From Phycisphaerales bacterium (GTDB lineage Bacteria; Planctomycetota; Phycisphaerae; Phycisphaerales; UBA1924), in the NCBI GenBank assembly GCA_965227775.1, contig OZ245777.1, forward strand, positions 672,001 through 736,000: a stretch of 64,000 nucleotides of DNA. The letters are read 5' to 3'. The notes beneath the pieces were generated by a model. It was not told where the DNA came from. It was given only the letters and a program-made list of their open reading frames with translations, and did no database searches. The translations under genes and the position numbers were made by a program. Position 1 is the stretch's first letter, and every line of letters starts with the position of its first letter. Positions 1 to 8,065 of this stretch are shown here, piece after piece.

Positions 1-834
1 CGTGATGGTCTGAAACCAGTGATCCGCATCGATGCCAAACTCGCCATCGATGTTCTTGGCATTAGCAATGTCGCGCATCTTCTGCACATCACCAAACACC
101 GCCGACTGGCTGGCCAGCGTGAACATCTCTTGGTGTTCCCGGTTGGCGAGCAAGCCAAACTCAGTGAAGTACGTGTCCTGCTCACTCACGAGCCGAATGA
201 ACTTGTAGTAAAACCCATCAGGGAAAGCGTCGGCACTAAAAGTGGCGGACAGCACCGCGCGCTCGATTCCCGCACGCTCCTTTCCCTTCAGAAACTGCAT
301 GTATGCGAGAATCTGGGAGCTGATCTCGGGGTTTGAACTGACTTGGCCCATCGCTCCGATCGAGTCCAACATCTGCTGGTTGACTTCGGTGTAGTAGGCG
401 ATGGCGTCGGACGTTTGGAGTTCAAGAGCGGAGACCTGGGTTCGGAGCTCGTGGAGCTCTTCTAGTTGGCTGAGTCCATCTTGAAACGAGGCTACGAATG
501 CGCTCGGGAATTCTTCGATCTCAAGCTCTGCGACGAGACGCTCAAGATCCTCTATTCGGCTGTCTGTCTCCAATCGCTGCACGCCCAACTCTGGCCCGAA
601 TTTATCGCCGTTTGAGCCAAGAAATCCCGCCGTACGACCGCGCTCTTTCTGTAGCTCATGGACGGCATCACTAATGCCCCTTGCGAGCTCAGCCAATTGT
701 GCAATCTGCTCCATCTCGCGGACCACAGCCTGGGCCGCATAAAAACGGCTCACCGACATCACCACGATTACACAAACAGGCACGATCGCGAGCAGGAGTA
801 TGCGCGCAGCGACGGATTGCAGAAGATAACGCAT
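1..834 (-). CDS. NIT (nitrate/nitrite-sensing) domain membrane protein, probably a chemoreceptor or sensor; truncated at the window edge
   Basis: Not in the ORF track because it runs off the window. Manual translation from ATG 834 (GGAGG SD upstream) gives MRYLLQSVAARILLLAIVPVCVIVV (TM), then VHELQKERGRTAGFLGS, FLKGKERAGIERAVLSATF and HWFQTIT, which are the NIT-domain motifs. Confidence 0.85.
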   Translation of the reverse strand, partial: MRYLLQSVAARILLLAIVPVCVIVVMSVSRFYAAQAVVREMEQIAQLAELARGISDAVHELQKERGRTAGFLGSNGDKFGPELGVQRLETDSRIEDLERLVAELEIEEFPSAFVASFQDGLSQLEELHELRTQVSALELQTSDAIAYYTEVNQQMLDSIGAMGQVSSNPEISSQILAYMQFLKGKERAGIERAVLSATFSADAFPDGFYYKFIRLVSEQDTYFTEFGLLANREHQEMFTLASQSAVFGDVQKMRDIANAKNIDGEFGIDADHWFQTIT

Positions 835-1344
835 GAAAACCTCCAGGCCGAAGAGACTCAGCCTGGAATCTGGATCGGACGATTGAAGGCCGATATCCAC
901 TGATGGCCATCGCAAATGAGCGAGTGGCAAGCCAAGTGACTCGTGTTATCGGAGCATATGTATGCGGCCGCGCTGTCTGTGTGCTGGCGGGGCCACTCGC
1001 GATGCGGGCCATTCACGTTCGATGCCTGCCCACGTTCAACACCGTGTCAGTAGCGGCACTGCCTGACCAGATGGCACGCCATCGCCCACAGTGGCCGAGT
1101 GTTGGTGCTGATCGCCGAGGTTTGCCCTCCGACTCCATCTACCCCACGCACCGCGGCAGGCGATTCTGCAGGACCACTGGGCTAGTGGGCGGCGCTCAAC
1201 GCAACGCACCGGTGAGGTGAAGAGCGACTCGTAGTATCGCGGCAGATCTCGGCACCGAGTCGAAGTGCACACGGCAAACCCTTGAACTCGAGGACCTTCT
1301 GCCGCACGTCACCGAAGGTTGCAACGATGTACAGAAGCAGCTAA

Positions 1345-1418
1345 TGGGCGGGCGGGGACTCGAACCCCGGACCCTTCGCGTGTAAGGCGAATGCTCTAGC
1401 CAACTGAGCTACCCGCCC
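1345..1418 (-). tRNA. tRNA-Val(TAC)
   Basis: Reverse complement GGGCGGGTAGCTCAGTTGGCTAGAGCATTCGCCTTACACGCGAAGGGTCCGGGGTTCGAGTCCCCGCCCGCCCA folds as a cloverleaf; anticodon loop CTTACAC, T-loop GTTCGAG; CCA not encoded. Confidence 0.97.
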
Positions 1419-1444
1419 GGGTATGCTGCAATCCTACTCGCCAA

Positions 1445-3157
1445 CTACCACGGCGGCGTGTCGTCGTCGGCTTCCAGGTAGTCCGGCTTGCCGTGATCGA
1501 CGCGCTCGTCAAAGGGTCGGTTGTCCTGGGCGCGGTCGGCTGTGCTCGGGCGGTGGCCGAAGGCAGATCCCCCGCCGCCGTTGGAGCCCATGTTCGGCGC
1601 GTGCGGGCTGGTGCCCGCGTCCGCCTTGGGCTCGAAGCTGCCCACGGGCTCGTCCTTCGCCCAGGTGTCGTTGCGAGCGTAGCCGGCGCGGTTCTTGAAG
1701 CGCGTCGTGTGATTGTCCCACACCAGGCGCACGATGCCGGTCGGGCCGTTGCGCTGCTTGGCGATGATGAGCTCGGCCTCGTTCACGCGGTCCTCATTCT
1801 CTTCCATCCAGGCCGGATCGCTCAGGTGGTAGTATGCCTCGCGGTGCAGCAGCAGCACAACGTCCGCATCCTGCTCGATGCTGCCCGACTCGCGCAGGTC
1901 GCTCATGCGCGGGCGGTTGCCCTCGCGTTGCTCACTGCCGCGGTTGAGCTGCGCCAGGCACACGACGGGCAACTCTAGCTCGCGGGCCATGGCCTTGATA
2001 CCCCGGCTGATCGTGCTCACCTCAACCTGGCGGCTCTCGCGACTTGCGCCCGGCGCGGTCAGCAACTGCAGGTAGTCAACGACGACGCAGCGGATGCCGA
2101 ATCGTTGCTTCATGCGTCGTGCACGCGCACGCAGCGCCGTCACGCTCAGGGCCGGCGAATCATCGATGTACAGCGGCGCACGCTCTAGCGTCTCGCACGC
2201 GGGTCGGATGCGATTGACCAGCTCGTCTTGACTGAACTGGCCCGTGCGCAGCTTGTGGCTGTCCACGCCCGAGTACGCGCTGATAAGGCGCTGCACCAGG
2301 CTGCTCTTGCTCATCTCCAGGCTGAATACGCCAACGGGCACGCGCTCGTCGCCCGCGTGCTCGAACGGCGTGGCGCCTCCCATCGCGATCTGCTCGGCTA
2401 GGTTCAGCGCGAGCGCGGTCTTTCCCATCGAAGGACGAGCGGCGATGATGATCATCTCGCCGTCTTGCAGGCCGCTGAGCGGTTCGTCCAGATCGCTGAA
2501 GCCGGTCTTGAGCCCGGTCGTTGCGCCGGCGTCGCGGTCGGCGATGCGTTCATACTCCGCCCGAAGCAACTCCTCGAGCTTCTGGATGTCCGCCGACTGG
2601 TCATCGTCGGCGATCTCGAAGATGCTCTGCTCGGCCCGGTCGATGAGCTGGCGCGCCTCTTCGGGCTCGTCCTGGCCCGCGTGCATCGCCTCGTGCACGA
2701 TCTGGTTTGCCGCAGAGATCAGCTTGCGCAGGCGGCTCTTGGTTTGCACAAGCCGCGCATACATGCCCGCGTTGTGCGGCGTGCTGACGGCCTCGGCCAG
2801 GCTTGCGAGGTAGGCCGCCCCACCGATGGTCTCCAACTCGCCCCGCTCGCGCAGACGGTCTGCTACGACGTTCAGGTCGGCTTGGGGCTCGCGCTCGTAG
2901 ACCTCCTTGAGCACGCGGAACACCGTCGCGTTGCTCTGGCGGTAGAAGTCCTCGGGCACCGAGACGAGCGGCAGCACGTCGGCCAGCGTGTAGGGGTCGA
3001 GGATGATCGACCCCAGCAGCGCCATCTCGGCCTCGGGCGCGTGCGGAGGCAGCTTGTCGTACACGCGGCTCAGGTCGATCGCCGGGCCGCCGCGCTCCTT
3101 GCCGCCCTTGCGGTGGTCCCTACGTCCGTGCAGGTTTTCCGTTCCGTTCGCGTCCAT
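1445..3157 (-). CDS. dnaB: replicative DNA helicase DnaB
   Basis: PPHAPEAE N-terminus, Walker A ARPSMGKT, FSLEM, VDYLQL, QLNR, DLRESGSIEQDAD, KQRNGPTG. Confidence 0.97.
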   Translation of the reverse strand: MDANGTENLHGRRDHRKGGKERGGPAIDLSRVYDKLPPHAPEAEMALLGSIILDPYTLADVLPLVSVPEDFYRQSNATVFRVLKEVYEREPQADLNVVADRLRERGELETIGGAAYLASLAEAVSTPHNAGMYARLVQTKSRLRKLISAANQIVHEAMHAGQDEPEEARQLIDRAEQSIFEIADDDQSADIQKLEELLRAEYERIADRDAGATTGLKTGFSDLDEPLSGLQDGEMIIIAARPSMGKTALALNLAEQIAMGGATPFEHAGDERVPVGVFSLEMSKSSLVQRLISAYSGVDSHKLRTGQFSQDELVNRIRPACETLERAPLYIDDSPALSVTALRARARRMKQRFGIRCVVVDYLQLLTAPGASRESRQVEVSTISRGIKAMARELELPVVCLAQLNRGSEQREGNRPRMSDLRESGSIEQDADVVLLLHREAYYHLSDPAWMEENEDRVNEAELIIAKQRNGPTGIVRLVWDNHTTRFKNRAGYARNDTWAKDEPVGSFEPKADAGTSPHAPNMGSNGGGGSAFGHRPSTADRAQDNRPFDERVDHGKPDYLEADDDTPPW

Positions 3158-3199
3158 GCGTGCTCCCGAATCGTGCGACGTGCCAGAGTACGATCACGC

Positions 3200-3982
3200 A
3201 TGAGCACCGGACAAGACCACGGCAACCAGAACATCGAGCACCCCTCGTCCACGGGCTCGCAGCGGGCTTCCGACACCCCGACCGACGCGCATTTTTCTGG
3301 TCCGCTCGACAGCATCCACGCCTACGGCACCACCCACGACGAGCACTTGCCCGACGAGCTGCCAGACGACCCGTTTCCTACGCTCCGCAACTGGATCGAA
3401 TACGCCAAGGCCAACAAGGTGCAGCCCAATCCGACGGCCATCGCGCTGGCGACAACAAGCGACAAGTCACCAAACGTGCGCATCGTGCTGTGCCGTGGCA
3501 TTGACGTAGAGACCGGCTCGATCTGGTTCTTCACCAACGGCCAGAGCGCCAAGGGGCAGGAACTGTCCGCCAACGCGCACGCGGCGGCGGTGTTCCACTG
3601 GGACGCCCTCGATCGCCAGGCACGCGTGCGCGGTGTCGTCGAGCCACTGCCCGCCGCCGAGAGCGACGCCTACTTCGCCTCGCGATCCTGGGAAAAGCGC
3701 GTGGGCGCCTGGGCCAGCGACCAGAGCCAACCCATCCAGTCCCGAGAAGCGTTGGTCGACAAACTCGCCGACACGCTCCGCCGCTTCGGCATCGACCCCA
3801 AGAACCCCCCGCCCCACGGCGCCGACGTGGACATCCCCCGCCCCCCGCACTGGGGCGGCTTCCGCATCAACGCCACCGAGGTTGAGCTCTGGGTCGGCAG
3901 CCCCGCCCGCATCCACGACCGCGCGCGGTGGACGCGTAGCACGCCGGGCGAGGCCTGGAGCGCGACGCGGTTGCAGCCGTAA
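3200..3982 (+). CDS. pdxH: pyridoxamine 5'-phosphate oxidase
   Basis: FFTN..SAKG, YFASR, AWASDQS, RPPHWGG, RIHDR and terminal RLQP; start placed at ATG 3200. Confidence 0.93.
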   Translation: MSTGQDHGNQNIEHPSSTGSQRASDTPTDAHFSGPLDSIHAYGTTHDEHLPDELPDDPFPTLRNWIEYAKANKVQPNPTAIALATTSDKSPNVRIVLCRGIDVETGSIWFFTNGQSAKGQELSANAHAAAVFHWDALDRQARVRGVVEPLPAAESDAYFASRSWEKRVGAWASDQSQPIQSREALVDKLADTLRRFGIDPKNPPPHGADVDIPRPPHWGGFRINATEVELWVGSPARIHDRARWTRSTPGEAWSATRLQP

Positions 3983-4183
3983 GGTCTCGCGCTCGCTCCC
4001 CACTGCACCGCAAACGCGAACGGTCGACCCTGCGATGCCTGGAGAATCTGGGATCGCTGCTTTGTGCGGGTTTACGTGAACCCTCGAACTCAACGCGGGG
4101 AAACCCAATTTTTGCAGCTCGCATTCGCCGCTCCGTAGCAGGAAGACCAAGTCGAACAGGCTTTGAGCCGACGTTCAGGGACG

Positions 4184-6529
4184 ATGTCCCAACCCTGCGG
4201 CACCGAGCACTCCATCGACACCAATCCCGCGCGGTCGATGCGCCGCCGCTACATCGCCGGCCTTCTCGTCGTGGCAGTGCTCAGCGTGTCCATGTTTGCG
4301 GCGCTGGAGGTCCTGGTACTGCGGAGTGAAAAGTGGGGCACGGTGATCAACGTCGCCGGCCGCCAGCGGATGCTCAGCCAGAAGATCGCCAAGGCCGCCG
4401 AACGCCATGACAATGGCCAACTTGCCAGCGCGCTGGCCACCTTTGAGCGATCACACCGGGCCCTGATCGATGGCGATCCCGCGCTGCACTTGCCACCCAC
4501 AGTCGAGCCCCAGGTCCTCGAAGCGTTTCAGGAAATGACCCCCGCGTACGAGGGGCTGGTGCGCGCCGCCCGTGCGATCGCCGAGTTGCCCGAAGACGAA
4601 CCCGTACCGGCTGAGTTGTCTCGGGCGATCGCACGCTACGAGGCCGACTTTCTGCCGCAGATGCACAACATCGTCGGCATGTACGAGGGCAGGTCGCGGA
4701 CCGAGAACGGCACGCTCGTGCTCGTGCATCTGTTTGTCGTGCTCCTCACACTGCTTGTGCTGCTTCTGGAGGCGATCTGGGTGTTCGAGCCCGCCGCACG
4801 ACGTCTACGCGAGCAATGGGCCCGCGTGCGCGCCAGTCAGGAGAGATTCAGCCTCGCCATCAAGGGCTCGCAGGACGCCATCTGGGACTGGGACCTGCTC
4901 CAGAACCAATTGTACTTCTCCCCCCGCTGGGCAGCGCTCTTCCGAGACGACCGCCTGCTCGGGTCCGCCGATGCCGACGCGTGGTTTCGCCTGGTCGCGT
5001 CGTGCGATATAGAGCGGCTGCACGAGCACCTCGATCTCCTCCGTAGCGGTCGCGTCGATCAGATCGACCTGGAGATCGAGATGCGCACGCCGCAGGGTGA
5101 GGCCGTGTACGTGCTCTGCCGCGGCGCCTCCGTCCGTGATGAACACGGACGCATCGCCCGCATCGCCGGTTCGCTGGCCGACATCACCGAGCAGCGTGAG
5201 GCACGCGAGCAACTTCGCGATATGGCCGAGCGCGACAGCCTCACAGGACTCGGCAATCGCTCGTTCTTCTACCTGCACTTGGAAGTCATCGTGGGCCGCG
5301 CCCAGCGGACGCAGAAGCACGACTACGCGCTGCTGAGCCTCGACTTTGACGGCTTCAAATCCGTGAACGACGCGCTGGGACACTCGGTGGGTGATCAGTT
5401 GCTCATCTCCATCGCCAAGCGTCTGCAGCAGCACACGGCTGAGAACGCGACGATCGCCCGCCTGGGTGGCGATGAGTTCGCGATCATCCTCCGGGATGGT
5501 GATGCGGACTCGGTCATGGCTCTCAGCGATGCGCTGGTGCAGGCTTGTGCCAAGCCACACACGCTGGGGCAGCACCAGATCGTCTCGACCGCGAGCATTG
5601 GTGTAGTCGTGGGAGACGAGCGCTACACCAACGCCGAAGACGTCGTCCGTGACGCCGACTCGGCCATGTACAACGCGAAGATCTCGGGCAAGAGCCAGGC
5701 ACGGCTGTTCGATGACTCAATGCACACCGAGGCTTTGCGTCGACTCAAGCTGGAGCACTACCTGCGAGAGGCCAACTTCGATCGCGACTTCGAGATCAAA
5801 CTGCAACCGATCGTCAGCCTCGAGAGCGGCGCACCGACGGGATTCGAGGTGCTCGTGCGGTGGGTCAGTCCAGGCCTTGAAGACGTGGGCCCGGACACGT
5901 TCATCCCAATCGCCGAAGAGATCGGCGTTATGGCAGATCTGGGGCAGTGGATCCTGATCAAGTCAGCCGAGACACTGGCCAGCTTCGACGGTGCGCTGGG
6001 CCACCAGCGCACCGTGCTGCACGTCAATGTCTCGAAGCGTCAGATCCTCCATCCGCAACTGATGCCGCTGCTCATCGAGCTGGTCGATCGTTACCCCGAG
6101 CAGCGCGGGCGGCTCATCCTCGAGATCACCGAGACCGCCGTCATGGATCGCCGGGCCAACCTCGTGCCCCGCATGGAAGCGATTCGCGAGATCGGCTTCC
6201 CGCTGGCGATGGACGACTTCGGCACAGGGCACTCGTCGCTGGCCTGCCTGCACAAATTCCCGCTCGACGAGGTCAAGATCGATCGCAGTTTCATCTTGAA
6301 TATCGAAGAAAGCCGCGAGTTTACGGCCATCTACCACGCGATTGTCAGCCTGGCCGACCATCTCGGCCTCAAGGTTGTTGCCGAGGGCGTGGAGACCGAG
6401 GCCCAGCTTGTCCAGCTGCAGGCCATGGGCTGCGCATTCGGGCAGGGCTACCTGTTCGACCGCCCGCTCTCGCCCGACGACGCGTTGGCGTTTATGCGAC
6501 GCGGCGGCATCGCACGTCCGGCGGCGTGA
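4184..6529 (+). CDS. PilJ/NarX-sensor + PAS + GGDEF + EAL diguanylate cyclase/phosphodiesterase
   Basis: TM, INVAGRQRMLSQK, TM, PAS (WDWDL..YFSPRW), RLGGDEF, EVLVRW, DDFGTGHSSL, KIDRSF, EGVE. Confidence 0.92.
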   Translation: MSQPCGTEHSIDTNPARSMRRRYIAGLLVVAVLSVSMFAALEVLVLRSEKWGTVINVAGRQRMLSQKIAKAAERHDNGQLASALATFERSHRALIDGDPALHLPPTVEPQVLEAFQEMTPAYEGLVRAARAIAELPEDEPVPAELSRAIARYEADFLPQMHNIVGMYEGRSRTENGTLVLVHLFVVLLTLLVLLLEAIWVFEPAARRLREQWARVRASQERFSLAIKGSQDAIWDWDLLQNQLYFSPRWAALFRDDRLLGSADADAWFRLVASCDIERLHEHLDLLRSGRVDQIDLEIEMRTPQGEAVYVLCRGASVRDEHGRIARIAGSLADITEQREAREQLRDMAERDSLTGLGNRSFFYLHLEVIVGRAQRTQKHDYALLSLDFDGFKSVNDALGHSVGDQLLISIAKRLQQHTAENATIARLGGDEFAIILRDGDADSVMALSDALVQACAKPHTLGQHQIVSTASIGVVVGDERYTNAEDVVRDADSAMYNAKISGKSQARLFDDSMHTEALRRLKLEHYLREANFDRDFEIKLQPIVSLESGAPTGFEVLVRWVSPGLEDVGPDTFIPIAEEIGVMADLGQWILIKSAETLASFDGALGHQRTVLHVNVSKRQILHPQLMPLLIELVDRYPEQRGRLILEITETAVMDRRANLVPRMEAIREIGFPLAMDDFGTGHSSLACLHKFPLDEVKIDRSFILNIEESREFTAIYHAIVSLADHLGLKVVAEGVETEAQLVQLQAMGCAFGQGYLFDRPLSPDDALAFMRRGGIARPAA

Positions 6530-6823
6530 CGCGATCAACGCCACCCACGCGCCCGTGATCGTGGTCCTGGATGGATGGCGTCCGAGTCGATCTTGGACAG
6601 GTGTGCATCAATGCAGGTCCGTATAAGCTCGACTCGATGGGTTTCGTGCATCGCGCCGCTTTGGGCTGGTGTGTGCCTGTATCGAGTCCGGGCAGCATGA
6701 TGCCTCTGCCCGCACAAACCGCACGCTCAGCCCCTCTCCATAACGATCGGGACGAAGTGGCCACGATCGACCGCCGATGTTCCCATCGGTCGCCCGCGAG
6801 GTCGTGGGTGCGGGGGAACGCCC

Positions 6824-8062
6824 TTGGCAGGCAAGGTTCGCGCACAACTCAGCAGCGCCGAGGTCGAAGCGCTTACCGACCTGCTCATGCGCAAGCTCGA
6901 TGCGATGATCATCGAGACCCAGCCCGAGGTAGCCGCGCGCCTGCTCGAGCTGGTCTCGGACCCCGAAGCCGGGCTGAGCGACTTCGCGACCGTCATACGC
7001 AACGACACCGCCCTGAGCGGCCGGCTGCTTCGCATGAGCAACTCGGCCTACTTCGCACAGCGCGAGCCGGTGACCACGTTGGAGCGCGCTTGCGTGCTTC
7101 TGGGCATCAACCGCATCCGCGCGCTTGCGCTCGGCTTCTATATGAGCCGCGCGATCGATGCCGGGGGTGAGAAGCGTTACGGCCGCACCATGTGGGGCAA
7201 GAGCCTGCTGCGGGCGTGCTTTGCCGCCAAGCTGGCCGAGGCCATCAAGCCCCAGCTCTACGCCGAGGCCTTCCTGGTGGGCCTCATGATGGACGCGGGC
7301 GCACCGCTGGTGCGCACCCTCATTGGTCCATCGGTGTACGACGAGCTCTGCCCCGCGCACACCCCGCCCTCTCGCGTGTACAAGGCCGAAATGGAAGCCT
7401 TCACCTACACCCACGTGGACATGGCCCGCGCCCTTATCCGCCGCTGGCGCATGCCCGACGTACTCGCCAAGCCCATCCTGTGGCATCACAGCGCCCCGCA
7501 GAACCTCAAGAGCACCGAGCCCATCCACCTGCTGCACCGCATCTCGTTCTACGTAGGGTCGATGCACATCGAACACGAGCCGCCATCGGCCATGGCCGTC
7601 CCGCTGCCGACGCTGGCCCAGAAGCTCTTGGCTCTGCCCGGCAACACGCTGGGGGATACGTTCGCCGGCGCGTGCAAGGAATATGCGGCCGTCCGCGAGT
7701 TCTTCGGCCACGTCGCCGAGAGCATCACGGATGTCGAAGCCTTGGGCATGCGGGTGCACGGCGCGCTCAACGAGATCATGGAGCGCACGATCGAAAATGA
7801 GCTCAAGAGCGAGAGCAGCATGTCGCCCGCCACATTCAAGTTTAATGCCGGGCAAATCCAGGTATTGCGCGACGACGAGGACGAGGACTTCGCCGTCGCC
7901 TACGTGCTCGACGGCGTCGGCACTCGACACGCTCGGCACCGCTTTCCCATCGGATCGGCTACCGCAGCCGACGTGCTTACCGAGCTCTGCCTCGAGCAGG
8001 GCGACATCGACAGCGCCGAGCTCGAGAGCATGACCGACTACCTGCGGGCCATGGCGGCCTGA
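6824..8062 (+). CDS. HDOD domain protein
   Basis: DTALSGRLLRMSNSAYF, TTLERACVLLG, EAFLVGLMMDAG, W.MP..L..PI.WHH; start uncertain. Confidence 0.85.
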   Translation: MAGKVRAQLSSAEVEALTDLLMRKLDAMIIETQPEVAARLLELVSDPEAGLSDFATVIRNDTALSGRLLRMSNSAYFAQREPVTTLERACVLLGINRIRALALGFYMSRAIDAGGEKRYGRTMWGKSLLRACFAAKLAEAIKPQLYAEAFLVGLMMDAGAPLVRTLIGPSVYDELCPAHTPPSRVYKAEMEAFTYTHVDMARALIRRWRMPDVLAKPILWHHSAPQNLKSTEPIHLLHRISFYVGSMHIEHEPPSAMAVPLPTLAQKLLALPGNTLGDTFAGACKEYAAVREFFGHVAESITDVEALGMRVHGALNEIMERTIENELKSESSMSPATFKFNAGQIQVLRDDEDEDFAVAYVLDGVGTRHARHRFPIGSATAADVLTELCLEQGDIDSAELESMTDYLRAMAA

Positions 8063-8065
8063 TCT

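Noticed and set aside
1266..1305. GCACACGGCAAACC resembling the start of a c-di-GMP-I riboswitch
   Set aside because: No GNRA-capped stem or GACGCAAAGC continuation, and it points into the tRNA 3' end rather than a gene.
1445..3157. Intein in the long DnaB
   Set aside because: Helicase motifs are contiguous; the extra length is in the terminal tails.
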